Below the pieces are notes generated by a model that made no database searches, was not told the origin of the DNA, and worked only from the letters and a program-made list of their open reading frames with translations. Of a DNA stretch of 64,000 bases, positions 19,476-30,070 are shown piece by piece. Made by a program: the position numbers and the translations under genes. The DNA comes from Longimicrobiales bacterium (GTDB lineage Bacteria; Gemmatimonadota; Gemmatimonadetes; Longimicrobiales; Gaopeijiaceae): positions 1,376,001 through 1,440,000 of the forward strand of contig CBDBCF010000001.1 in the NCBI GenBank assembly GCA_965202985.1. The letters are read 5' to 3'. The stretch's first letter is position 1; the number at the start of each line of letters is the position of its first letter.

Positions 19476-22304
19476 ATGACGAACCGAGCCGTTTCCATCG
19501 TCGTCGCCGCAACCCTGGCCCTCTCTAGCTTGGCCAGCCCCGTCCCAGCAACCGCCCAACTTCCCGACCTGGACGATCCTCTGCCGCTCGACCCGGCCGT
19601 GGTCGAGGGCACTCTGGACAACGGGCTGCGCTACTTCGTCCGCGAGAACGGGCGGCCCGAGAACCGAGCGCTGCTGCGCCTGGTCGTCAACGTCGGCTCG
19701 ATCTTGGAGGACGAGGACCAGCTGGGCTTGGCGCACTTCGTGGAGCACATGGCGTTCAACGGCACGCGCAACTTCGAGAAGCAGGCGCTGGTGGACTACA
19801 TGGAGTCGATCGGCATGGCGTTCGGCCCTCACGTCAACGCCTACACCAGCTTCGACGAGACCGTGTACATGCTGCAAGTTCCCATGGACGATCCCGAGAT
19901 GCTGGCCACGGCGTTTCAGATCCTCGAAGACTGGGCCAGCGCGCTGCTCTTCGACCCCGAGGAAGTCGACAAGGAGCGGGGCGTCGTCATAGAAGAATGG
20001 CGAGGCAGACGGGGCGCCGCCGCGCGGATGCAGGACCAGCAGATGCCGGTGATGTTCGAGGGATCGCTGTACGCCGAACGCCTGCCCATCGGCAAGCCCG
20101 AGGTGCTCGAGACCGCCCCCGTCGAGGCGTTGCGCCGCTACTACCAGGACTGGTATCGGCCCAGCTTGATGGCGGTCGTGGCCGTCGGCGACTTCGACGG
20201 CGCCTGGATCGAGGCAATGATCCACGAGCACTTCGCCGGGCTGCAAGACCCGTCGAATCCGAGGCCCCGGACGACGGCCGAAGTGCCGGTCGATCACCCG
20301 CCCCGTATGGCGATCGCAACGGACCCCGAAGCCGCGCAGAGTCAGGTTGCGGTGATGTACAAGCGACCGTCCCGCGGCTATCGAACCATCGGCGACTTCC
20401 GGCGCAGCCTCGTGCGCGGGCTTTACTCGGGGATGCTTGTGTCGCGCTTCGACGAGCTCCGGCAGCAGGCCGATCCTCCCTTTGTCTTCGCCTTTGCCGG
20501 CCAAGGAGGCTTCGTGCGCGGCGTCGACGCGTCCCAGCTTGTGGCGTTCGTGTCCGAGGACGGCATCGAGCGCGGCCTTGACGCGCTATTGACTGAAGCG
20601 GAACGGGCGGCGCGCCACGGCTTCACGGGCTCGGAGCTGGAACGCATCAAGACCCGTAGGTTGCGCTCCTACGAGCGTTCGTACGCCGAACGCGAAAACC
20701 AAGAATCGCGGTCGCTGGCAGGCACCTACGTGAATGCATTTTTGCAGGACCGCGCCTACGCCAGCGTCGAGACGCGCAAAACGCTTGCCGATCAGTTCCT
20801 GCCCGGCATCACGCTTGCAGAGGTCAATGCGCTTGCGGCAGAACGGCTGTCCGAGGAAGGCCGCGTAGTGCTGGTGGACGCTCCCGACAAGGAAGGGTTG
20901 GAAGCGCCCACGGAAGCGGGGCTTGCGGCCGTGTTCGCCGCCGTGGACTCGAAGGAGATCGAGCCATACGAAGACGCCGACGTGGACGCGCCTCTCGTGC
21001 CGGAGCTGCCGACTGGTTCCGCCGTGGCGTCGGAAGAGACCGTGGACGCAGCGGGAGTCGCGATCTGGACGCTGGAGAACGGCGTGCGGGTCGTGCTCAA
21101 GCCGACCGACTTCAAGGACGACGAAATCCGCTTCTCGGCCACGAGCCCCGGTGGATCGTCGCTGGTGACGGACGAAATGTACGAACGCGTAGCGTATGCT
21201 TCGTCGATCGTGAACCAAGGAGGCGTGGGCGAGTTCGATCAGATCGCCCTGACGAAGAAGCTCGCAGGCAAGGTGGTCAACGTGCGCCCCACGATCGGCG
21301 GGCTGTCCGAGGGCATCACCGGCTCGGCGTCCCCCAAGGACTTGGAGACCGCGTTCCAGCTGGTGTACTTGTACTTCACGGCGCCTCGACGCGACGAGAC
21401 CGCTTTCGAAGCCTTCAAGGCTCTGCAGCTCGGGTTCTTCGCCAACGCCGCTGCCAGCCCGGGCCGCGTGTTCGCGGACACCATCGCCCTCACCATGTCG
21501 CAATACCATCCCCGCGTCCGCGGCGTGCCGACAGAAGAGGACTTCGACAAGATCGACTTGGACGCCGTCTTCAGCTATTACCAGGACCGCTTCGCCGACG
21601 CCAGCGACTTCACCTTCTACTTCGTCGGCGCCTTCGACCTGGCCGAAATGCGCCCGTTGGTGGAGCGCTATCTGGGCGCGTTGCCGAACCTGGGACGCGT
21701 CGAGACTTGGCGGGACATGGGCATGGACCCGCCTGCCGGCGTGATCGACAAGGTCGTGCACAAGGGAATCGAGCCGCAGAGCCGCACGCGCATCATCTAC
21801 GCCGGAGATGCCGAGTATTCGCCCGAAGAGAACATGGCGATATCGGCCTTGGCGGACGTGCTGGACATCCGCCTGCGGGAGCTGTTGCGCGAGGACTTGG
21901 GCGGTACCTACGGCGTCGGCGTGTCCGGCAGCGTCTCCTACCGCCCCGACGAGGAGTACCGGCTGAGCATTTCGTTCGGGTCCGCGCCCGAGCGAGCGGA
22001 AGAGCTGGCGACGGTAGCGTTCGAAGAGATCGAGCGCATCAAGGCCGAAGGCCCCAGTCCCGAAGTCGTGGACAAGGTTCGCGAGACCCAGCGCCGCACC
22101 AAGGAGACCAGCCTGCGCGAGAACGGCTATTGGCTGAGCCGCATGCGCGGCCTGGAGGACCAGGGCAGGGACTTGGCGCTGGTTCCCAGCTACGCCCTGA
22201 TCGAAGGCTGGACCGCCGAGGACGTGCGGGCAGCCGCCATCCGCTACCTGCGGACCGACCAGTACGCCAAGTTCGTGCTGCTGCCGGAGGACGTGGTGCC
22301 GTGA
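19476..22304 (+). CDS. M16 (insulinase/pitrilysin, PqqL-like) zinc protease
   Basis: Signal peptide; inverted zincin GLAHFVEHMAFNGT; NAYTSFDETVY; KERGVVIEEWR; LREDLGGTYG. Confidence 0.93.
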   Translation: MTNRAVSIVVAATLALSSLASPVPATAQLPDLDDPLPLDPAVVEGTLDNGLRYFVRENGRPENRALLRLVVNVGSILEDEDQLGLAHFVEHMAFNGTRNFEKQALVDYMESIGMAFGPHVNAYTSFDETVYMLQVPMDDPEMLATAFQILEDWASALLFDPEEVDKERGVVIEEWRGRRGAAARMQDQQMPVMFEGSLYAERLPIGKPEVLETAPVEALRRYYQDWYRPSLMAVVAVGDFDGAWIEAMIHEHFAGLQDPSNPRPRTTAEVPVDHPPRMAIATDPEAAQSQVAVMYKRPSRGYRTIGDFRRSLVRGLYSGMLVSRFDELRQQADPPFVFAFAGQGGFVRGVDASQLVAFVSEDGIERGLDALLTEAERAARHGFTGSELERIKTRRLRSYERSYAERENQESRSLAGTYVNAFLQDRAYASVETRKTLADQFLPGITLAEVNALAAERLSEEGRVVLVDAPDKEGLEAPTEAGLAAVFAAVDSKEIEPYEDADVDAPLVPELPTGSAVASEETVDAAGVAIWTLENGVRVVLKPTDFKDDEIRFSATSPGGSSLVTDEMYERVAYASSIVNQGGVGEFDQIALTKKLAGKVVNVRPTIGGLSEGITGSASPKDLETAFQLVYLYFTAPRRDETAFEAFKALQLGFFANAAASPGRVFADTIALTMSQYHPRVRGVPTEEDFDKIDLDAVFSYYQDRFADASDFTFYFVGAFDLAEMRPLVERYLGALPNLGRVETWRDMGMDPPAGVIDKVVHKGIEPQSRTRIIYAGDAEYSPEENMAISALADVLDIRLRELLREDLGGTYGVGVSGSVSYRPDEEYRLSISFGSAPERAEELATVAFEEIERIKAEGPSPEVVDKVRETQRRTKETSLRENGYWLSRMRGLEDQGRDLALVPSYALIEGWTAEDVRAAAIRYLRTDQYAKFVLLPEDVVP

Positions 22305-22326
22305 GGGGCGCTAGACCGGAGGTTCC

Positions 22327-23697
22327 GTGAACGCGATTCGGCTCAAGAACTTCCGCTGCTTCGGGGACGAGCAGGAGGTTCCGCTCGCGCCGTTGACGTT
22401 GCTCGTCGGTGAGAACAGCACCGGCAAGACGTCGTTCATGGCAGCGATTCGGGCGTTGTGGGACATATTCTACCGCGAGCGCGTCCCCGACTTCAAGGAA
22501 CAGCCGCACGACCTGGGCAGCTTCGGGGACATTGTCCATTCGCCCACAAAGGATGCTGCTTCGCATCGTCCTCACTTCGAGTTTGGCTTGGCGTATTCGG
22601 CCGAAGGCGATTCGCCGAGCGCTCCTTACCAAGGTCGGTTTGACGTCTCGTTCGGCAAGAACGGCGCCGCACCGACACCGGTGCGAATGACGCTTTCCGA
22701 TGCCGAGCGGAAGGTTTGGGTCGAGTACAGCCAAGATGATGATTCGTGGCGGGTCTCCGTCGGCACGCCTCAGGGAATTTGGCGTCCAAGTCCAGAGGGC
22801 AAGCCACCGGTGATTCATGCAGATCGGATATGGCCGTTCTTCGTAGTCATGGACATCTACAGGAGAGGCAACACAGTGAACGCCCGGATCGAAGATGAAG
22901 AACCGTTACTTCGCGACTTACAAGGTCGATCCACCGCAATCGAGTCAGATACCTGGGAAATGATCGAACAACTTTGCAGATCACAGTATAGCCAAGATTT
23001 TTTTGACAAGACGCGCTATGCAAGCGCACCCGTGAGGTCTAAGCCTCGACGGACGTATGATCCTTCGCGTGTTATCCACGACCCGGAAGGAGGCGATACA
23101 CCGACGTACTTGGGCAATTTGGCGCTCCAGCGCAAGAGCAAGTGGACATCACTAAGCAGGGCACTCGCCCGATTTGGTGTCGATTCTGGTCTTTTCGAAG
23201 AACTTACGGTACGTTCCTTTGGCGATACCGCGAGTGATCCTTTTCAGCTTCAAATCAAAGAAACCAATTCTGGAACTGGTAGCCCACTGCGCAATCTTGC
23301 AGACGTTGGCTACGGCGTTAGTCAAGTGTTGCCCGTGGTGACCGAACTCCTGCGTCCCGAAGCCCCACCTGCGTTCTTGTTGCAGCAACCCGAAGTTCAT
23401 CTGCATCCGAGTGCACAGGCCGCCCTGGGCAGCTTGTTCTGTCAAGCCGCACGACCGGGCAAGTTGCTCATTGTCGAAACCCACAGCGACTATCTCTTGG
23501 ATCGCATACGGATGGATCTTCGAGATGACAAGACAGACTTGCGACCTCAAGACGTGGCAATATTGTTTTTTGAGCGAATAGACAGAGCTGTGCGTATTCA
23601 TCGATTAACGTTCGATAAAGAGGGTAACATCTTAAATGCGCCGAGTAGCTATCGTGCTTTCGTCATGCAAGAAATGCAAAGATCGCTGGGACTGTGA
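22327..23697 (+). CDS. ABC-type/AAA ATPase (AAA_15/AAA_21, DUF3696-like C-terminus)
   Basis: IRLKNFRCF, Walker A GENSTGKT, LADVGYGVSQVLP, LLQQPEVHLHP, IVETHSDYLL; lower GC. Confidence 0.88.
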   Translation: MNAIRLKNFRCFGDEQEVPLAPLTLLVGENSTGKTSFMAAIRALWDIFYRERVPDFKEQPHDLGSFGDIVHSPTKDAASHRPHFEFGLAYSAEGDSPSAPYQGRFDVSFGKNGAAPTPVRMTLSDAERKVWVEYSQDDDSWRVSVGTPQGIWRPSPEGKPPVIHADRIWPFFVVMDIYRRGNTVNARIEDEEPLLRDLQGRSTAIESDTWEMIEQLCRSQYSQDFFDKTRYASAPVRSKPRRTYDPSRVIHDPEGGDTPTYLGNLALQRKSKWTSLSRALARFGVDSGLFEELTVRSFGDTASDPFQLQIKETNSGTGSPLRNLADVGYGVSQVLPVVTELLRPEAPPAFLLQQPEVHLHPSAQAALGSLFCQAARPGKLLIVETHSDYLLDRIRMDLRDDKTDLRPQDVAILFFERIDRAVRIHRLTFDKEGNILNAPSSYRAFVMQEMQRSLGL

Positions 23698-23703
23698 AGA
23701 GTC

Positions 23704-24165
23704 GTGTGCGCTATTGTTGACGCCAATGTCGCGTCGGCGATGTTTCGACCAGATCGCTCGAATGCCGCGTCGGCCTTCTTCGAGTGGATCAATGCCGGGT
23801 CCGGTCGATTGATTGGCGGAGGCAAACTGCGTACGGAACTTGGTTTATTGGATTCGTTCAGGGAGTGGCAACGAGAAGCGATTCTTGCGGGACGTATTCG
23901 CAACTACAGCGACGATGAAATCGAAATACAAACGGGTATCGTCAAGAACACAGGATTGTGTCGGTCGGACGACGAACACATCATTGCATTGGCTCAGGTC
24001 AGTGGTGCTCGCTTGTTGTATTCGCATGACAAGCGGTTGCATGAGGATTTTAGAAACCCGGAATTGGTCAAGAAACCGCGTGGAAAAATCTACTCAACCC
24101 TAACTGGCACAAAGCTTCGAGACAGCCACAAGCAACTTCTTCGCCAGAGTTCGTGCAGGAAGTAG
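23704..24165 (+). CDS. PIN-domain-like protein
   Basis: AIVDANV at the N-terminus; SDDEHIIALA...LLYSHDKRL acidic PIN pattern. Confidence 0.7.
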   Translation: MCAIVDANVASAMFRPDRSNAASAFFEWINAGSGRLIGGGKLRTELGLLDSFREWQREAILAGRIRNYSDDEIEIQTGIVKNTGLCRSDDEHIIALAQVSGARLLYSHDKRLHEDFRNPELVKKPRGKIYSTLTGTKLRDSHKQLLRQSSCRK

Positions 24166-24194
24166 ATGTCGACGACGCAAGAGCAGGGGCCATC

Positions 24195-24527
24195 ATGAGC
24201 GGGCAGGACCGTGTGCCCGACGTTCCCGCCGACGCGATGCGCGCGATGATTCGGGTGTTCTCGTCGTATCCCGACTTGGAGAAGGTGACGTTGTTCGGGT
24301 CTCGCGCCATGGGCACGGCCAAACGCTGGTCCGACATCGACTTGGCCACGCATGGCATCGTGGGCGATCGTCACCGCCTGGGCCGACTCGCTCTCGACCT
24401 TGAAGACACCGACATTCCGCAGACCTGCGACGTCATGGCGTACGAGGCGATCTCCCATGTGCTCCTGAAGCGCCACGTGGACAACATGGGCATCGTCATT
24501 TACAGGCGAGACGCCGGGACAAGCTGA
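24195..24527 (+). CDS. Minimal nucleotidyltransferase (MNT/Pol-beta) protein
   Basis: LFGSRAMG...SDIDLA (GSx10DxD) and a third acid in TCDV. ATG at 24195 chosen over 24153. Confidence 0.85.
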   Translation: MSGQDRVPDVPADAMRAMIRVFSSYPDLEKVTLFGSRAMGTAKRWSDIDLATHGIVGDRHRLGRLALDLEDTDIPQTCDVMAYEAISHVLLKRHVDNMGIVIYRRDAGTS

Positions 24528-24551
24528 CGCGACGCGCCGGGAGCGCCCCCC

Positions 24552-25808
24552 TCACCGAACCTCCGTGTCCACCCCCTCTTCGCCCTCCGAACGCGCGATG
24601 ATCGCCGCGCCGCAGGAGTCGCTGTAGACGTTGACGGCGGTGCGGCACATGTCCAGCGGGCGGTCGATCGCCAGCATCATTCCCACGATGGCGACGGCGT
24701 TCGCGTTGTCGCCCAGGCCGATCACGTCCAGCACGATGAAGATGATCACCAATCCGGCGGAGGGCACGGCGGCGGCGCCGATCGACGCCAGCAATGCGGT
24801 CGCGACGACCAGGAACTGCTGCGTCACCGTGATCTCGATCCCCAGCACCTGCGCGATGAACAGCGCGCCGATGCACTCGAAGACCGCGGTGCCGTCCATG
24901 TTCACGGTGGCGCCCATCGGCAGAACGAACGACGACACCTTGTTCGACACGCCCACCCGCTTGCGGACCGCGTTGATCGTCACGGGAAGCGTGGCCGCGG
25001 ACGAACTGGTGGAGAACGCCGTGAGCAGCGCGTTTCGCATGTTGCGGAGGTGCAGCCAGGGATTGATTCTGCCCACGAACATGAGCAGGAGCGGCAACGT
25101 CACCAGGAAGTGAATGGCCAAGCCGGAGCCCAGCGTGCCCACGTACTTGAGCAAGGGCGCGAACGCCTCGAAGCCCGTGTTGCCGACCATGCGCGTGATC
25201 AGCGCGAACACGCCGATGGGAAGGAACTTGATGATCCCGGAGGTCAGGTTCATCATCACCTTGAAGAACGACTCGAAGATGTCGGTGACCTGCGCGCGCG
25301 GCTTGTCGGGGAGGGTCGTGATGGCGGCGCCGAAGACGATGCAGAAGAAGATGATCGCCAGCATGTCGCCGGAGGCCATCGCGTCGATGAAGTTGCGCGG
25401 GACCACGTTGAGCAGCAGGTCGATGCCGGTCGGCGTGGCCAGCTCTGGCAGCTCTTGCGAGGCGGCGGTGCTCAGGTCGGCGCCCCTGCCGGGACTCCAG
25501 AGGTTGAACATGAGGACGCCCACGCACGCCGCCAGCAGGCTGGACGTCACGTAGTAGCCCAGCGTCTTGCTGAACAGGCGCCCGATCGCCCGCCCCCCGC
25601 CCACGGACGCCACCCCGGAGACGATCGACGTCAGGACCAGCGGAACGATGATCATCCGCAGCAGCCGCATGAAGAGGTCGCCCAGCCAGCCCAGCGCGCT
25701 TGCGGCGCCTTCGCCGCCCGCCAAGCCGACCCCGACGCCGGCGAGCATGGCTGCGGCCACCTGCCAGTGAAGCCGTCGGTACCAGGGGAGGTCGGGGTTG
25801 TATTCCAT
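24552..25808 (-). CDS. Dicarboxylate/amino acid:cation symporter (DAACS, GltP-like)
   Basis: FMRLLRMIIVPLV, AFSTSSSAATLP, GATVNMDGT, IDRPLDMCRTAVNV; multiple TM helices. Confidence 0.95.
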   Translation of the reverse strand: MEYNPDLPWYRRLHWQVAAAMLAGVGVGLAGGEGAASALGWLGDLFMRLLRMIIVPLVLTSIVSGVASVGGGRAIGRLFSKTLGYYVTSSLLAACVGVLMFNLWSPGRGADLSTAASQELPELATPTGIDLLLNVVPRNFIDAMASGDMLAIIFFCIVFGAAITTLPDKPRAQVTDIFESFFKVMMNLTSGIIKFLPIGVFALITRMVGNTGFEAFAPLLKYVGTLGSGLAIHFLVTLPLLLMFVGRINPWLHLRNMRNALLTAFSTSSSAATLPVTINAVRKRVGVSNKVSSFVLPMGATVNMDGTAVFECIGALFIAQVLGIEITVTQQFLVVATALLASIGAAAVPSAGLVIIFIVLDVIGLGDNANAVAIVGMMLAIDRPLDMCRTAVNVYSDSCGAAIIARSEGEEGVDTEVR

Positions 25809-26042
25809 GGGGCTCTCCGAGGGGGAGTGGGGGACGCTTGGGGACGTGCCACATTATGGGAACGAGCCCGCCGGGCCGCAACCGAACGAGGACCCCGCGG
25901 GAGGACTGGCCGCACGGGCGAGACTTGAACCCGTTTCGTCGGGCCGACGCCCGTGGGCGGGACCGGCCGCCCTGGGACCTTGCGGAAGAGCGCACGGGTG
26001 TGGTATTGGACGTGTCGCGGATCAACCCCATTGGAGTCGTGA

Positions 26043-27635
26043 ATGAACGTGAACTCGACCAGAAATCGCCGTCGCCGTCTCTCCGCCCGGGCGGCTTCCC
26101 GCTCGGCCGCCGTCGCGCTGTGGTGCTTGGCGGCACTCGCCTGCGCCGAGCCGCCCGACCGCGCCCGCCTTCGCATCGCCGTCGCCAAGTACCAGCACGA
26201 GACGTGCACCTTCTGCCCCGGCGGGGACACCCGCGTGGAGGACTGGCTTCGGCAGAGCGAGCCCCTGGCCGGCGAGGCGCTGCTGTCGTCCGGCGCCTAC
26301 GTGCGCGGCTTCGCCCAGCGCGCCCGCGAGTTCGGCGACATGGAGCTGGTGCCCCTCTCGTCGCCCGACGGCGTCTTCGGCGGCTCGTCCCGAAGCTGGA
26401 ACACGCGGGAGACCTTCGACCACTTCCTGGACGCCATGCTCGCGGAGCTGGAGGACCAGCTGCCCGTGGACGCCGTCTACCTTTCCCTGCACGGCGCAAT
26501 GGCCGTACGGGACGTGCCCCGCCCCGAGGCCGAGATCGCCCGACGCTTCCGGGAGCTGGTCGGCCCCGGCGTCCCCATCGCCGCCACCTTCGACCTCCAC
26601 GGCAACGAGGACGGCGAGTTCCTCCGCCACGCCGACTTCGCCTTCGTCACCAAGCGCTACCCCCACTACGACGCCTACATCCAGGGCGAGCGCGCCGCCC
26701 GAGCCCTTCGCCTGGCCGCCCGCGGCGAGTACGTCTCCACGACCGCCACCCGCAAGCCCGGAGTCGTCACCGCCACCGTGCTCCAATGGACGGGCCGCTC
26801 CCCGTCGATGGACATCATGGAGCGGGCCCGGCGCTGGGAGGCCCGGGAAGCGGACGCCTACGTGAACGTCTTCTACGGCTACCCGTGGTCCGACGTGCCC
26901 GACGTAGGTGCCACCGTCCACGTCATGACCAACGACGACCAAGCCCTGGCCGACCGCATCGCCGACGACATGGACGACTTCATCTGGCGCGTGCGCGAGG
27001 AGTTCGCGGTCGGCAGCTACCCAGGCCCTTCGGAGGCGGCGCGGCTGGTGGCCAGGGCCGTGGCCACAGGCGAAGTTCCCGTGGCCGTCGGCGACCACAG
27101 CGACCGCCCCGGCGACGCCACCCATGTCCTGACGGCGTTCCAACAGGCCGGGCTGGGCAAGGTCCTGTACGGAACGATCACCTCCCCCGCCGCGCTCGAG
27201 GCTCTGTCGGCTTCCGGCGCCCGCCCCGGCGACTCGTTCGACATGGAGATCGGCGGCTTCACTCCCTCCGGCGGCGCACCCTACCGCGTGGAGGGCGTGC
27301 TGGAGCACCTGGGCGCGGGCTTCGGCCACGACACCGTGGCGGCCGTGTCGTTCGGCGACGGCAACCTGGTCTTCCTGACCCCGACCTACACCCAGGTCCT
27401 CTACCCCGACGCCTTCCGCCTGGCCGAGATCGACCCCGCCGACTACGACGTCTTCGTGGTCAAGTCCCGAGTCCACTTCCGCCGAGGCTTCGACGAGACC
27501 GGCTTCGCGCCCACGATCGTGATCGTGGAGGCCCCCGAGCCGTTCGTCGGGACCACCTTCCTGAACGCGCTGCCGTACGAGAACGTGGACCTGGACACGC
27601 TCTACCCCTACGGGACGCCGGAGGCGCGACGGTGA
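26043..27635 (+). CDS. M81 (MlrC-like) metallopeptidase, exported
   Basis: HETCTF, LSLHGAM, DLHGN, YPHYD, VVKSRVHFR; lipoprotein-like signal (LAALAC). Confidence 0.88.
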   Translation: MNVNSTRNRRRRLSARAASRSAAVALWCLAALACAEPPDRARLRIAVAKYQHETCTFCPGGDTRVEDWLRQSEPLAGEALLSSGAYVRGFAQRAREFGDMELVPLSSPDGVFGGSSRSWNTRETFDHFLDAMLAELEDQLPVDAVYLSLHGAMAVRDVPRPEAEIARRFRELVGPGVPIAATFDLHGNEDGEFLRHADFAFVTKRYPHYDAYIQGERAARALRLAARGEYVSTTATRKPGVVTATVLQWTGRSPSMDIMERARRWEAREADAYVNVFYGYPWSDVPDVGATVHVMTNDDQALADRIADDMDDFIWRVREEFAVGSYPGPSEAARLVARAVATGEVPVAVGDHSDRPGDATHVLTAFQQAGLGKVLYGTITSPAALEALSASGARPGDSFDMEIGGFTPSGGAPYRVEGVLEHLGAGFGHDTVAAVSFGDGNLVFLTPTYTQVLYPDAFRLAEIDPADYDVFVVKSRVHFRRGFDETGFAPTIVIVEAPEPFVGTTFLNALPYENVDLDTLYPYGTPEARR

Positions 27636-27680
27636 GGGCGGCAAGAGGCTGTCGATGAACCAGCCAGGGCGGCTAGGACG

Positions 27681-29234
27681 ATGATGCGCCGTATTGGGAG
27701 CTGGCTGAAGGCGTTTGGGCGCTGGATTCTAGCCGCGTTTTCCCGTATCTTTGGCGCCGCCGCCGGCTTGCTCGGCACCTCCTCCAAGTCTTCTCGCCGA
27801 CAGGAAACGATGAACCCCCAACTGGACACGATGCCCCTTGCAGAACGGTTTCGCTTGGTGGAGCGAGGCCGTGCGCGGGGCAAGAACAACGCGCCCGCCC
27901 CGAATCAGCCGGGGTTGGATCTGGTCGAAACTGAAGTGGTCGAGCATTGCAACCGGTTGATGAGCCAGAAGAAGGACGCGTACCGTAGAACAGCTCGCCT
28001 GACCGAGCAACGATCTGTCCCCGCGGCGGGTACAGCCACGAGTGCGGACGCGGCGGTTGAAGAGGCGTGCGGCCGCATGAGGGCAAGAGTGGAAGAGGAG
28101 CGCCCCGCGTTGAAAAGCCTTCACAGGTCTGCGCAGAAGGCTGTCGACGACATGCGGGACTTCAAGAACGTGCACCGCCTGACTCGGGACGCCCACGTGC
28201 CTCAAAACCTTACTTCCTCGTGGATGCTACTTGCGGTGTTGCTTGTGGTCGAGACGCTGATAAACGGGCTGTTCTTCGGCGCGAACTTGGCAACAGGGCT
28301 GTTCGGCGGCGTCACTTACGCCGCACTGATCAGCGCCATCAACGTAGTCGTGTTCGGCTTGCTCGCCGCGACCGCCATTCGGCAGCTCTATCATCGCGAC
28401 CAGTCCCGAAATATGGTAGGATACTTGCTCCTGTTGCTCGTGGGCACAGGAGCCATTGGATGGAACCTTGCCGTGGCACACTACCGGGAGGCACTACCGC
28501 CCGACTATCCGCCCGCGATGGAAGCGATAGAGGACACAACCGATGTCGAAGTCGGAATCGCCGAGTGCCGACGGGGGCCCACCGAAGCCGACGCCGACGG
28601 AGAAGCAGTTTGTCTGTTGGTGAACCAATGGTTCTCGCTCGACGGCTTTCAATCCTATATGCTCATGTTAATCGGTCTCGTGATGTTTGGTGTTGCGACG
28701 TGGAAGTGGTTGCGCATGAGCGATCTGTATCCTGGCTTCGGTCAACTGGAAAGGCGGCGACAGGAGACGGAAAAGAACCTTCTCGACGAGCGACAGGAAC
28801 TAATGGAGCGGTTGGCGGACGACGTAGAGGACGCAGTGAAGCAGCAACATGCCATCTTTGTTGATCCGGTAGGTAGTTGGAAAAGGGCCATGAAGGCCCA
28901 TGAGGACCTGAAGCAGGCCCACGAGGACCTTCGCGACTTCGCAAGAGAACTAGAAGAAGAATGCCGTAGCGCCATCGAAACATATCGGTCCGCCAATCGA
29001 GAGGCTCCCCGCGGAGATCCAGAGCCCGCTCACTGGTCGAAGCCATGGAAGGCGAGCTGGGAGTTGCCGGAAAGGCCTGCCCCGGATCGGGGCGACATCG
29101 GCGACCGTCGTCAAGCAGAGGCCGAGAGCCGGGCAGCGCAGGAACAACGAGACGAGCGTTTGGCCACCCTGAGGTCGTGCGCTGACGAATGCAAGGCCCA
29201 AATGGAACAGATCACCAGGATCAGCGATGAGTAG
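27681..29234 (+). CDS. Hypothetical multi-pass membrane protein with N- and C-terminal helical/coiled-coil regions
   Basis: About four hydrophobic helices (WMLLAVLLVVETLING..., VTYAALISAINVVVFGLL, YLLLLLVGTGAIGWNLAV, YMLMLIGLVMFGVATW), DLYPGFG motif, charged heptad-rich C-terminus. Alternative start 27810. Confidence 0.75.
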   Translation: MMRRIGSWLKAFGRWILAAFSRIFGAAAGLLGTSSKSSRRQETMNPQLDTMPLAERFRLVERGRARGKNNAPAPNQPGLDLVETEVVEHCNRLMSQKKDAYRRTARLTEQRSVPAAGTATSADAAVEEACGRMRARVEEERPALKSLHRSAQKAVDDMRDFKNVHRLTRDAHVPQNLTSSWMLLAVLLVVETLINGLFFGANLATGLFGGVTYAALISAINVVVFGLLAATAIRQLYHRDQSRNMVGYLLLLLVGTGAIGWNLAVAHYREALPPDYPPAMEAIEDTTDVEVGIAECRRGPTEADADGEAVCLLVNQWFSLDGFQSYMLMLIGLVMFGVATWKWLRMSDLYPGFGQLERRRQETEKNLLDERQELMERLADDVEDAVKQQHAIFVDPVGSWKRAMKAHEDLKQAHEDLRDFARELEEECRSAIETYRSANREAPRGDPEPAHWSKPWKASWELPERPAPDRGDIGDRRQAEAESRAAQEQRDERLATLRSCADECKAQMEQITRISDE

Positions 29235-30048
29235 GAAGTCCAGGAGGGAAGCCGAGAAGAAGAAGACGCGGCGAGCTTGGGGGGTGATTGTACCCTGCGT
29301 CCTGCTACTATTTGGCTTCATCGTCTTTGGCCAGCTGAACCAGCCCCAAACCGGTGCTGATCATTGTCCCTTGGACGGCCAGTTCCCCTTCCAAGTGGCG
29401 GTGCTCGTGGACCCGTCGGATGCACTCACCGCAGTTCAGCAGCGATCGGCTCTCCCTCGGCTTATCGAAGCCCTGGATCAAGTGTCCGAACGAGCCGAGA
29501 TTCGCGTCTATTCGGTTGCGCGGATCGGACGAGGTGGCAATGCGGGGGCTGACCTGCGACTGTGCGTGCCACGCCACCCCGAGAGTATTGGCTGGCTCGA
29601 AGGCCTGTGGAAAAACCGCCGGATCGCCGCAAGGAACTACGACCAGGACTTTATCGAGCCGCTGCGTTCGCGGTTGGGTGAACTTCTTGCTGCACCGAGC
29701 GACTCCGTGTCGCCGATCCTGGAAGCCATACAGGCCGCTTCCGTCGACGCCTTTCCACCAGGAAGCCCAGCGGTTCCGCGAGAGCTGATCGTCGTGTCCG
29801 ATATGGCTCAGCACTCCAGGGACCTGTCGTTCTTCCGGGAGGCTCCAGATTTTGGCGCATTCGGTGGCAGCGCTATCTACAGGACGCTCCGTGTCGATCT
29901 CATCGGCGTCAAGCCGACGGTTCTTCTGCTTGCTCGCCGTGGAACGTCAGGACATCTGCAAGCTGGACGTCTGCAGCGGTTTTGGGACGACTACTTCATC
30001 GATTCGGGTACCGATGGCCCGCCCCGTTGGGTCCCCGTCGAGGGATGA
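29227..30048 (+). CDS. Membrane-anchored vWA-like domain protein
   Basis: N-terminal basic stretch plus TM; VAVLVDPSD (MIDAS-like), SPILEAI, LIVVSDMAQHS; overlaps the upstream gene. Confidence 0.6.
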   Translation: MSRKSRREAEKKKTRRAWGVIVPCVLLLFGFIVFGQLNQPQTGADHCPLDGQFPFQVAVLVDPSDALTAVQQRSALPRLIEALDQVSERAEIRVYSVARIGRGGNAGADLRLCVPRHPESIGWLEGLWKNRRIAARNYDQDFIEPLRSRLGELLAAPSDSVSPILEAIQAASVDAFPPGSPAVPRELIVVSDMAQHSRDLSFFREAPDFGAFGGSAIYRTLRVDLIGVKPTVLLLARRGTSGHLQAGRLQRFWDDYFIDSGTDGPPRWVPVEG

Positions 30049-30070
30049 CCCGGCTTCCTGGCGAGACGAC

